Assembly (NCBI GenBank): GCA_013265495.1
Contig: MU058000.1
Span: 1,302,001-1,366,000, forward strand
DNA: 64,000 bases
From: Vicugna vicugna
Lineage: Eukaryota
Direction of reading: 5' to 3'
Shown here: positions 50,717-62,100 of the stretch, piece by piece
Layout: each line of letters opens with the position of its first letter
Position numbering within the stretch: position 1 is the stretch's first letter
Program-made: the position numbers and the translations under genes
Notes under the pieces: model-generated
Databases searched by the model: none
Seen by the model: the letters and a program-made list of their open reading frames with translations, nothing else
What the model was told of the DNA's origin: nothing

Positions 50717-52077
50717 CAAAGCGTAAGTCACAGTTTGAGGGAGACGTGGTCTGCAGTGTATTGCTGCTATTTAGAAAGGTGAGTCACCAAAGTAATTTTG
50801 GTTTGTGTTATACATATTTCAGTCTTTGTCACTTTCAGTCCTCAGTCACTTTCTTGTGACTCACTTGCAAGGGAATTAACGTTTAAGTTTTAAAACAAGT
50901 TGCCAGTTTCCACTGTGACGTTCTTAATTTCCTGTACTCCTCTGAGGTGTCAGTCATCTGTCTTCCCACAGGAGAGTTTTGTCTTTTACCTCAAGATCTA
51001 TTGGATTTCTTGTAGTGATGAGATAAACAATATCACTAATTCATGACTATAAAGAACTTCAAAACACATTTTCACTTTTTGTTAGACTTAGAACATTTCA
51101 AAGTGTTGAGCAAAGAATTTTAAATGCTACATATTATTTTAAAACGATGGCTATCTATTAGTACTACTATTGTGTTCAGGAAGAAAGAGAAAAAGAGAAA
51201 GTGCCAGAGAGTAGAGAAAAAATCATATAAACCAAAGAGAAAATAGAACAGGATTTTTTTCCTTCCTCTGATTTCTGGCAATTATTATCCTCAAAAGTTA
51301 ATCAGGAAAAGTAACTTGTTGAATGAAACAGCACATAGGGTTATCTATTTCCAATAAAGGGCTGTTTCAAATTATGCATTCCCTGTGAAATTACCATGAT
51401 ATGCAGATATACTGCCCACAGCGTTTACTGGAGTAAATTTATGACCACATTTTCAGAGTAAAGTCTGGAAAAGTGAGTCTATCCATGGATAGAAAAGAGG
51501 TTTTTCCCCTCAGATGCCAGCTGTGACAAACTGGTGATTGCCAGTGTCCCATTCAGTAAGACCAGTTTGTGCCACCTTAAAGGCATATACACATGCATGC
51601 ATATGCACATAATGTTTAATAAGTTCAAACTTCTTTTTTTTATTTTTAAGAATAAATTTGCAAAGAATTTATTTTTCTCCTTAATATAGAAGGTAGAAAG
51701 ATAAATTCTGGTCACTCTAGGGCTCTAAATAATTGATTTTGTTTATAAAAATTTTATAGCAGTTGATAAATACGTAAACAAATAATTAGATAGCAACCTC
51801 ACTGAACAGTTTGGATGCAGAGCAAACTGGGAACTTGATTGTGCAGTTCTTGGAACAAAGCCAAAAACATAATAGATCAGCTGGAGAAAATGAAGGACTG
51901 AAAAGGCTGGAGCCAAAAAGGGGACAGAGAATGGAAAGTTGTTTTTTAAACTGTGAGGAGAAAAGTAGTACATGCTGTTACTTGGAGCTCTAACACAAGA
52001 AAAAATGACTTAATCAAGAGCACCCAATAATTTAGTGCTCAGAATTGACCAGAGATAGAGATGCAGAACCGCTTCTT

Positions 52078-52194
52078 TCTTTTTCATTTATTTATTTGTT
52101 TACCATTAAAGCATAGTTGATTTACAGTATTGTGTTAGTTTCCAAAGTGGAGCAGGAACAGGGAGGGACAAATTAGGAATATGGGATTAACAGA
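52078..52194 (-). mobile_element. Short L1 insertion with 5' inversion and 14-bp TSD
   Basis: TSD cagaaccgcttctt (52064-52077) / cagaactgcttctt (52195-52208). Antisense L1 tail at 52078-52143, then a sense L1 3'UTR piece gggagggacaaattaggaatatgggattaacaga. Confidence 0.75.
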
Positions 52195-52438
52195 CAGAAC
52201 TGCTTCTTAAGCTTTTATGTTTTGTGGGAAAATTTAATGATGGTAGATAATATTCTTTGCATATATTTTCCTTATATTCATATATATTATAATAATATAT
52301 AAAATATATTTGTATATATTAGTCACTGTTTATATTGTTTTTCCAAAATCATGAGTAAGGTATATGCTAAGTTTTTCACATTCTAATATAGGAATTTCTG
52401 AATAAGAATTCAATGCAAAAAGAGAATAAATAAATGAG

Positions 52439-52933
52439 TATAGTAGGCTGAATAATGCTCCCCTACCTCCCCCTAAAGATATTCATGCTCTAATACCTGG
52501 AAGTTATGAATGTTACTTTATATGGCAAATAATGGCTTTGCAGATTTAAGTCAAGGATTTTGAGATGAGGAAACTCTCCTGGTTTATCTCTGTGGTCCCT
52601 AAATGAAATCATATGTATTCCTATGAGAGAAAGGCAGAGGGAGATTTGACACAGACAGATGTGGAGAAGGCACTGTAAACAGAGAGGTAGAAATTGGAGT
52701 GATGCAGCCACAAGCCAGGGAGTGTCAGCAGCCACCAGAAGTTGGAAGATACAAGGATTGGACTCTCCCCTTGAGTATCTGGAGTAAGCACAGCCCTGCT
52801 GACCTCTTGATTTCAGCCCAGTGAAAATGATTTCAGATTTCTGGCCTCCAGAACTGTGAGACAGTGAATGTCTATTATTTTAAAGCACCAAGTTTGTGGT
52901 TATTTACCAGTACCACATCAGGAAAGAAATACA
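52439..52933 (+). mobile_element. MaLR LTR MLT1C/D
   Basis: tagtaggctgaataatg..aaagatattcatgctctaatacctggaa..aattggagtgatgcagccacaagccaggga..ttctggcctccagaactgtgaga. Confidence 0.9.
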
Positions 52934-53049
52934 CACAGTAAAAGAGGGGAGTAAAGTGTTTTAAGGCAGGAAATTTGTGGAAATGTGTTCTAGCAGCCAT
53001 AGGAAACTAATGCAATGAGTTTAAAAGAGAAGAAAAGTTGAATATTTCT

Positions 53050-53235
53050 TCCTTCAGGAAAGTCTCCCTAGACTAGGTGACTTTTCCCTAACACATTCTT
53101 CGCAGCATCTCAAATCAAATTTTGGTAACATTCATTCATCATTTCTTTTAGCTGTCTTATTTATCTGTGTATCCCAAGGTGCCCAGTAAAGTTTACTGGC
53201 ACATAGTAGGGGCTCAGTAAATATTTGTTAAATGA
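53050..53235 (+). mobile_element. L2 3' end
   Basis: ccttcaggaaagtctcccta..tatctgtgtatcccaaggtgccc..tggcacatagtaggggctcagtaaatatttgttaaatga. Confidence 0.75.
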
Positions 53236-53394
53236 TCAGATGGAATTTAAGGGTCATTAGGTGGTGAAAGTTGGATTGTGACTCATGTGGTTGGCAGGGA
53301 AAGTTCTTTCGAGCAGAGTTGGGGCTGAAAATAGGGCACAGCAGTTAACACCATGTACCCTACATGTGTGTACCTGTGAGGATAGGTGGAAACA

Positions 53395-53870
53395 AAACGT
53401 GCGAATTGCTTAGTCATTTTGGAAAACCAACTGCCTACAGGTATTAAAATTACAAGCATATGTAACTTCTGACTGAGCAGTCTCTTTCTTGGGAATTACC
53501 AGTTTTATAAGAGAATACGAACAGGGTACTTATTGTAAGGTTGTTCATGGTATAACACCCTGAAAAAAGTAAATAACTAACATTAGAAAAATGACTGAAG
53601 CAATCATGGCATATCCATATCAGGGACTTTTATGCAGTTATTAAAAATTTAAATGGAACTATAATAATCAACTTGGAAAAATAGCCATGAGATATAGTTA
53701 ACTGAAGTGAGCAAGATAAGCAAGTGTTTGTTACATGATTCTCCCTCTCTCTATAGCCACACATGTAAATTATAAGTATGGGTAATAAAGTTTCATATAA
53801 ATACATATATAATACTAGCTGAATTGTTAATAAGGGCAGTGTTATGGGGTCAGTGATGTAGCTGGGAGGG
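53395..53870 (+). mobile_element. Old L1ME-type 3' fragment
   Basis: cattttggaaaa..ttctgactgagcagtctctttcttgggaatt..aatcatggcatatccata..tatgcagttattaaaaa. Confidence 0.6.
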
Positions 53871-54012
53871 AGAGGTGGAAGCTAAGTAAAGCAAAAGGAA
53901 ATGAAAGACCACACAAGAAACATGTATGCTATAAAATATTAATGCATTTTTATAAATTTATGTTTGTATATAGATGTATTTATAGACATTTAAAAAGGCT
54001 ACATACAAAAAA

Positions 54013-54157
54013 TTTTTTCCTTTTTATTGAGATATAATTGACATACAACATTATTAGTTTCAGGTATACAACATAATGATTCAGTATTTGTATATACTGT
54101 GGAATGATCACCATAATAAGTCTGGCTAACATGTGTCACCATATACAGTTAAAAATG
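54013..54157 (-). mobile_element. L1 3' end (L1MA9/laurasiatherian type)
   Basis: ttttattgagatataattgacatacaacatt.ttagtttcaggtatacaacataatgattcagtatttgtatatactg..atgatcacca.aataagtct. Confidence 0.85.
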
Positions 54158-54574
54158 TCTTGTTGTTGTTTGGGAAATGGCTTTCATGCAGGAAAGGGGG
54201 CTTGAAATAGTATTGTAGGAAACAGTTGTTGGAAAAAAAAATGTGTGTTATGTTCCCAGTATGTTGAGGTTTTGCAATAAAATCAGGTCTAAGAGGAAGA
54301 AAGGGCCAGCTGTGTGGTACATCTAGACTTCAGCCAAATCAGTAGGAGCGCTGGATTGCTTTGGTGAGGAGGTGGCACTGAGTCGGACTCCTGAAGGAAA
54401 CAGTAGATGTAAACACACAGCCTGAACCACATGGCACCAGGCTGTAGCACCCCCTCCACGGCCCCCAATCCATTCTAGTCAAGAGGGAGATGACTGAGGC
54501 CCTGATCACCCAACCCAGGAAGCCAGGTCTACTCAAATGTTAGACTTGGGTGCAACTGTCTAAAAAAATGTATC

Positions 54575-54782
54575 TCAATTGTTCTCTCTCTACTGTATGT
54601 ATCCTGCTCTTCATTTTCATAGTATTCATCACATTTCTCATTTGTTTATGGATTAGTCGCTGATGTCTGTTCTCCCTTCGTCCACACACACCTCTAAGGG
54701 AGGGTTTTTGGACTCATTGTTACATCCTCAGAGCTTTGCATGATGCCTGTACTGAGTAAAACTTGAAGAATAGCTGTTGAAG
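54575..54782 (+). mobile_element. L2 3' fragment
   Basis: ctctattttcatag..tgtctgttctccc..ctcattgttacatcctcagagc..gcatgatgcctg..tgttgaa. Confidence 0.5.
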
Positions 54783-55004
54783 GTCCATAGACATACCTTT
54801 AATGTACTAGAAAATACATCAGGTAGAGATTATTACTGTTTTGTTGTTGCTATGAGACCACCTGAGACTTTAATGAAAGCCGTGAAACTTCTCCCCAGAA
54901 AACTTCAGAATTTTGTCACATTTCCTGGCAATTCATTGATTCCCTAAAGCCTCATACATGTGGGGTTCATCATTTCCAAATTATGTTAATTCCTCATTTT
55001 AAAC

Positions 55005-55235
55005 AGCAGATGTTAACTTTTATGGAGTACTTACTATTTGTCAGACTTTGAGCTGTTTTACATGTAATATTTCATTAATCCTTACAGATCTAGGAGGTAA
55101 GTCCTACTTTTACTTTTTAAACAGATGAAGAATCAGTTTAAGAGGTACTGACTCACCCAAGCTCAGATAGCTAATTATCGGCAGGGCCGGGGCGCAGACT
55201 AAGATCTTTTTTTATTCTAGCCTGAGTTTGCACTC
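55005..55235 (-). mobile_element. MIR SINE
   Basis: ttatggagtacttacta..tttacatgtaatatttcattaatcctta..aacagatgaagaa..actcacccaag. Confidence 0.75.
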
Positions 55236-56520
55236 CTCACCGCTGAAAACCATCTGCCTGTTCTTTGTTCCTGCCCAGGGTGAGCAATGGAGTTATCCCG
55301 TGAAGACACTTAATCTCCCGTAGTAAGAGTCTGAAATGATGATATTAGCTGGCTGGATCTCCTGACACGATGTGAGCAAAGTTTCCTTGATCAAACAGGA
55401 CAGGCTGTTCCCCCAACAGCACGCCTGATGCTTAGAGAGTCTCCATTCCTGCTTCATGTGCTTAGCAATTGGCAGAGCTGTGACTGCAAATTATCTCGCG
55501 CATGTTTCAAACCATTTAAATTGTCATTGTAGGATTTTGCCTATTAGCAAAATACCATCCCCTGAATACTGATTATGTATAATAGCACAATTGTCTGGTG
55601 ATAGGAAAGCAATGACTTCTTGAACATAGTCCAGCATTATGACTGCTCTTTTTCAGTGAAATGTAAGGAAGTTGCTTGTGCAATATTCTTTATGTGGTTA
55701 GATGGATTTAGGGTATATTCATACTTTACCACATGTTGAGAGAAAAATAAAGACACGGTATTTTTTGAAAAAATTCTTAACTGCACATCTAAATGTCCTC
55801 TGTCATTGAGGCGAAAGAGAATAAATAAACATGCCTTCTTTTGCATTTTTCAGCCCTCTTCTTTGGTGGTGGCATTTTCATTAGAGACTGAGTGAACGCA
55901 AGAACAGTGAATACATTCTTGGCATGGGACTAAGCCCTTAGCTGCTGGTCGCAGGGCTGGGGACAGGGAAGTCACTCTTGGTTAAATTTGGAGCCATCAG
56001 CATGCTGGTGATTGATCAGTTGAGTTACTCACTTTTAAGCTTCATCATTTTTACATTTAAAGTAATTTCACTCACTAAGAGAAAATTGCACTCATTATAT
56101 CCAAATGCAAATACATGTTTAGAAAGCATGTGGTTTAGAAAACAAATGGGATACAATTCCAACACTAATGCCTTATTAGGGGCATGTGCACACCTCTATT
56201 TCTATCTCCTAGCTCTTTATAATCATCATTTCCCTCTGTGAAATCAGGGGAGAGGTTTATTTGTGACAAAGAGTATCTTCTGAAGTGGAGCTCCCCTACC
56301 CCCATTATTTTTATTTACTGTTCTCTGTACCAGAGAATATACTAATCTGACACAGCGGGGCCTGAAGCTGTGCAGAAACCCCAGATAACACTCCTAGAGA
56401 AGACTGCCTAATCCCCAGGAGAACTCACCACTGGGAAACAGTTTCCCTTAGAATTCCTTTAGAATTACCACCAGCTCTGATCTTCAATTAGGGATCCTTG
56501 AAGGCTTGACTGAAGTGAGT

Positions 56521-57460
56521 TGTTGGCAGAGGATTAAAGATGGTTGCAAATTCTTTATTACTCTGCTCATCAAGAGATGGAAGCTAATTCATCTCCATGG
56601 AATCTGGGCTCACCTAGTGACTTACTGGTCCAATTCAGAGAAAATAACATTCTGAGACTTCCAAGGCAAGGTCGTAAGAAGCCTTGAAGCTTCTGCTCAT
56701 GTCTCTTGGAACATCCTAGGTGACCTGAGCTGTGATATAAGATGCCTGGCTACTCTGAGATCCTGTGTTAATACTCCCCATGATAATTTCAGTGGACCCC
56801 AGCCCTCCAGCCATCCCTGCACTGCACCAGTTTTTTTTTTTTTTATTCTGTAGAATGAGTAAGGGGACAGCATGAGCAAGGGCCTGTATTTTGGTTTCTG
56901 TGGAAAGGAATGGGAGAGGCAAGAAAAGCAGGAAAATTGGCTAATTTGAAAAGTTTTGGTGGCCTTGCAGGTGTGGAGGCTGATGCTAGCTGTGGGGTTC
57001 CTGGCTGTGGGGTGATTAAGGCAGGGGAATATTAGCTCTGAGTGTAAACGCTCTATGAGAGTCCTACAGAGGGGACAGGTGGAGGCTAAAGATTTTGGAT
57101 TGATTGGTTTGTAAATGAAAGGTGCTCTTTCATGGGAACAGTTTGCTATCTCTAGGAATTGGCTAGTCCTGAGAGGTCAGCAAGACACTGATGCCAAAGC
57201 ATCAAAAATACAGAAAATAAGGAAATGTAGTTAATACAATCAGAAATGTGAGTGAAGCCATTTTAGGCCCTCCAGACCGTGCCATCTGCCATCTCATTGC
57301 TATTAAGAGAACTCCATCAGTGCCATGTGGACCTGAAGAATCACTCAGCTGAGCCTTGTCCCAGTTCCCTAACCTGCAGACTTACGAGGTGTAATAAAGT
57401 AGTTGTGTTTTCAACTGCTGAGTTTGGGGTAGTTTGTTATGCAACCATAGTTAACTGGGA
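56521..57460 (+). mobile_element. MaLR LTR MLT1G/H-type, split by an ERVL LTR
   Basis: 5' part tgttggcaga..aaagatggttgcaaattcttt (56521-56830). 3' part atgtgagtgaagccatttt..gtttggggtagtttgttatgcaaccatag.taactg (57241-57460). Confidence 0.8.
56831..57238 (-). mobile_element. ERVL LTR (MER74/MER54-like), 3'-truncated, nested in MLT1
   Basis: Reverse complement starts tgtattaactacatttccttattttctgtatttttgatgctttg..gactagccaattcctagagatagcaaac. 5-bp TSD accag/atcag. Confidence 0.65.
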
Positions 57461-57879
57461 CGTCGCACCGCAACTTTAGAGCCCTTTCGCTTTCTGTCCC
57501 ATACGCCAGAAATCCATTAAAATGAGTATTCATTCTTGACCAATGCCAAAGCTCAGCAAAAATTTAACTGAAGGTGATTTTTCTTTGTATTTTTTGGCAG
57601 AATTATGCTTGGATAATATAATTAATGAGATTGCTTTTTAACAATTTTGATAAACAGGAAAACTACATACAAAATATAAAGTAACACAAATGAATGGTAG
57701 ATATGGCTCCTGGGTTTCTGAAGTATAAGATTACAGCATTTTCAAACTTGAGGAAGTAAGTAGAAGCCTTACATCTTTTTCAAACTGATTCTGTCAAAGG
57801 TTGGTGGGCAGGCCTTCCAGCTGATATGAACATAAATGGGCTGTGAGGATGAGAGTAACACTGAAAAGGATGAGGCTAC

Positions 57880-58700
57880 ACAGCGGAAGATGGAGACAAC
57901 TAATGCCGTCTCGATTTCCATACAAATTAATTTCAGACGGTCTCGTAGTTCTCCCAAACAGTCCTTGCACGGCTGGCTTGAGTAGTGCCTGCATGTCCCT
58001 GTCCTACAGCTGCCCCCATCTGGAGTTTAATACGCACTCGTCTCTTTTCCATTCCAGGGGGAGATATGTAATGAAAATCTCCATATTAGTCATCAGCTGT
58101 CAACACTGACAAATTTCAATTACTGTCCTTCGGTAGCGGTTCACACTAGAGAAGGAAATCAGGATGGCGCACTGGGATAGCATCCTTGTGACAGATCTAT
58201 TTTAATTGCCTTTCTTATCCACATTTAACCTCTATCATTTTGACAGGGGAAGGAAGCTCACAGAGGAGGTAACTTTTTCTGCCAGTGATAAAGCCGGAGT
58301 GGGGTGGGGTAAACAGGCTTCTGGGAAGAGACTGGGCAACACCCGTCAACACATGGACGGGCATTGATTGCTGGGGGTTCCTTCCTTCCCCTGTGAGGCC
58401 TGCGGTGATACCTTTCTGCTTATCAAAATACTTTGCATTTAATCAGCTGCCTGGATGGATGCTCCTGCTGATCATCGATAAATTATTCATCAATTAAAAA
58501 AAACTTGGCACAATCCTCCCCCCACCCCTCCCCCGCCCGCCCGCTTCATTTTCTGAAAGATGAATTTTCAAGAGCCCATGGCGGGAGTTTTCCTTAGTGA
58601 GTTCTCATTTCTTCTCATTCCTTCCAACAATACTGCTCATTTAGCCTTGTGATTGCAGGCTGATGGCTGCATCAGAGGATACCTCTGCAGTGCTGGAGCG
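57880..58700. promoter_or_regulatory. Candidate conserved enhancer/promoter block
   Basis: Repeat-free and CpG-retaining. Inverted TGTCA/TGACA pair, further TGACAG sites, GATA sites, ATCGAT, and a GC-box tract at 58517-58544. Confidence 0.5.
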
Positions 58701-58994
58701 TGTCAGAGCTGTGCTGTTTTGCTCTTGCTTCTTTCTTTTTCTTTAGTCCTGAAGAATATACATGGCTGTCTTGAAATAAAGAGAAAATGTTTTTCTTTCA
58801 TGAGACATGCTAAAAAATCATTTACGGCCTTTGGTTTCTCACAGACCCATTTCTCATGGGATTTTTCACTGTGGGTTATATTCTTGGGTTGATCTGGTTT
58901 CTGTTATAATCCAATCAAAATGACATCAAGGTATTTTTTTCTGTAACAATAATTTGCTATTATTTATCGGCCTGAACAAGGCTTCTGATTGCAA

Positions 58995-59200
58995 TACAAG
59001 GTCATTTATTTTAACCATCAAATAACCCCTATGAAGTAGGTACTGTTATCTGTTTGTTACAGATAAGAAATAAGCTCGGAGATTTTAAGTAGCTCTCTCA
59101 TACAGCCACACAGTTTGCACTGCTAGAAAGTAGTGGACCTTGGATTCATTCTCAGGGAGTCTGACTCCAGAATCTGATTCCCAGTTTCTCATCTGCACTA
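58995..59200 (-). mobile_element. MIR SINE
   Basis: atttaaccatcaaataacccctatgaagtagg.actgttat..ttacagataagaaataagctc..agtctgactccaga. Confidence 0.8.
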
Positions 59201-60499
59201 CATGTTGACAGTCTATGTCTGCAATGTTGTATTAACCATTTTAGTCATTAATACTGCCCTGTAGAAGAATAACTTCCTCCTGGGGACTTACAAATTCATT
59301 ATTGCTCTGAAAACTAGATAGAATAATGTAGTTTCACCTATTTCAAGAAAAGGCCAATGGGGCTAAGCTAATTTTTCTAGAAAATTAAGGCCCAGATACG
59401 AGGACAATAGTTAGATTTGAGGAAATTAGTAAAGGAATTGACTAAGGCATTTCCAAACTGAGGAAGGAGTAACACCAGGAGTGAAAATGGAGCCAGATGG
59501 ACCCAAATGGGACAGAGACATTGAATATCTGTGACTTCTCTGTAATCTTTCCTAGACATGGAACCACAATGTCAGCCTGGATACTTTCTCTCTTGTATCC
59601 CCTCTTCCCTCCATTTAGTTCCTGTTCAAGCTGGATCCAGAGTTTTCGAAGAGTCATATTCACACAGATGTATGATAAGGGAACTCATGCCATCTCTTAA
59701 TTCTAATCCTTAAGCTAATGCAATAGAAACCATGCAAAACTTGCAAATTAGTGTAGTCCTCCTGAATCTTCAGGCTGTCAAATGATGTTCCTATCACTAG
59801 AAGGACTCTGAGAAACAAGTTAAAAGTAAGGTGTTAACAAAATCCCAGTTTTGAGGAGGCAGTTAGTAGAGGGGAGAGAGCCTGGAGAGCTGTGGATGCC
59901 TGGCCAAGAATGGCCCAGAAGGAGGCAAATTACAATCAGTTACAAATCATAATGGAATTGAGAGGGGTTATGAGGTAATTAAAAATCTTTCTTCTGAATA
60001 GAGACTGCAACCTTCAAGTTGAAGGAATGGCCTTGGTGGAATTTAATAGAATTCTTCCTCATTATTAAAAGGATAAACCCCATCATTTGACCAGAGTGCT
60101 TCTTTTCAAATGCAAGCAAATCGAAACCACCCCGGGGTATGTGAATTAACTGTGCTCATTTGTAAACTATTCAGTGCCTTGTATGGAAGAGGATGCCTAG
60201 GATAGGCTGAAGACAAATCTCTCAATGTATTTAGATTTGCTAGGGCCAAGACTTCATATACTTCTTCAGGAAACATTTCAAATGAGCTATAATGCAGCTC
60301 TGGAAATATCAGGACTCGTTTTAGTGCTTGCTGCTCGGTATAACCGAGGATTCTGTGCAATGTAGGGTTGTCTTCAGAATGGTTAACATGTTAGCACAGA
60401 TTTGAGTTATAAATATGATAGTTATCCTTGCCCCTGGGAGTATGACACACATATCACATATCTCTCCAGAACCTGACACATAGGGCTTGGGGAGGGGCT

Positions 60500-60745
60500 T
60501 ACATTTATTGCATACATATTGTATATTAGGAAATGCTTCATCTCTGAAAATTATTTTATTAAACTTTCAAAATGATTTGTCCACAAGGCATCATTAGTAC
60601 TGTTATGCATATGAGGAAACTAAGGCTCAGCGAGCTAAAGTAAAATGACCACAGATCATAAAACTGTAACTCTAAAAGCTGAGTTTAAATTCAAGGCCAC
60701 TGGCCTTTAAAGTACACATTTTCTATTATTATATTATGCTGTCTT
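60500..60745 (-). mobile_element. MIR SINE
   Basis: atgcatatgaggaaactaaggctcagcgagctaaagtaa.atgacc. Confidence 0.75.
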
Positions 60746-61864
60746 CTAGAGCAGTATGGGGACTTCCTGCACGTAGTAGGCACTTACTAACTGCTTACTG
60801 TACAAACTCTAAAGAATCAATCCATCTGTACCCAATGGATTTGAAATTTCATTATAAAGAAGAAATAAAAGTGAAACAAAGTACAGTTAAAAGCAACATA
60901 TGAATATTATTAAAATGATAGGAGTAAATATATAGATGCAGTAACGGTTACAGAAACTCAGTGGAAAGAGCCACTACTGAAGTGTAGTATTTGTCAAGAG
61001 ACTCTTCAGAGGAGAAGAGAAAACTTTGCTTTCTAAAATGTGCAATTCTTAATTAAAATTTCCTCTCCACATCTTCTTACCAGTCCCTTCAGAAAAAGTG
61101 TATTACAGTTTTTCAATATTATATACTGGAAGGGGCCTAAAAGCTTACTTACCCTGCAGTAATTTTATTGCAGCACATTTTCCTTTCAGTAATAGGGTTA
61201 ATTAAGCCCATCTTCTGGTGATTTTTTTTGACCGACTGCACAGGCAACCATAAAGTTCCCCCAATGAAAATATCCTCAAGGGAAATGCTCTGCTTAAGTC
61301 CTCAAGAAAATTTCACAACTGGCAGCATGTTTTCAGGAATAAATATCTCGTTCAAGGAGGTATGCTTGACCTTGAGAAGCAGCTGGGGATTCTGAACATC
61401 GAACCATGTGACTTCCCAAAGGCCACAATCAATCTATTGCTGACTGTGTGTTGACTTTATCTTTGTGAGTCTTGGGAAAAACAAAAAAAAATTAAAAAGG
61501 CAGAAGTAGCTTTTGACTTAGTTGATTTTGTTAGAAGGGCCCCTGAAGACCAGTTTGGATGACAGGAAAGTCAACCCACAGTCACTCTGTTTGGGATGAT
61601 TTAATTAAGGCGCTTCAGTTGGCATCTACATAATGTAAAGTGAATTCTATCAAATTGCAGGGACTCATGTTACATTTAAATCCTGCCCCCTACTCTTCAT
61701 TATCATATGAAAAACTTCTGTTTATCTCATTTTAGATTATTTCCGAATCATTTTCTAGGTGCTTCCACTTTCTTACTTGCTCTTTCAAATTTTTGTTCAT
61801 TTTCTAACTGGAGGTTTTGAGACAACTGAAATAAATTGAAAAAAAAAATCATAGCATGCAAAAA

Positions 61865-62100
61865 TATTCAATGTTTAATGAATATATGTACAACACTTTC
61901 AAAGGTTTTATGCATATTATTTCACTTAATCCTGTAACAATCCTAAGAGTTACTCTACCATCCATATTTTACAGATGGGAAAACTGACTCAGAAGCTTTG
62001 AAAGAACTTTTCTAAGGTTACAGTTGTAACAAAAGGCGGATTCAGGTTTCAAACCCAGATCTGTACTGTTTCGAAATCCATGCTTAGGCTTATACTAAGA
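61865..62100 (-). mobile_element. MIR SINE
   Basis: tatgcatattatttcacttaatcct.taacaatcctaaga..ttttacagatgggaaaactgactcaga..aacttttctaaggttacag..ggtttcaaacccagatctg. Confidence 0.85.

Noticed and set aside
60334..60348. Short inverted repeat CTCGGT-ATA-ACCGAG
   Set aside because: A 6-bp stem is expected by chance in 64 kb and has no supporting context.
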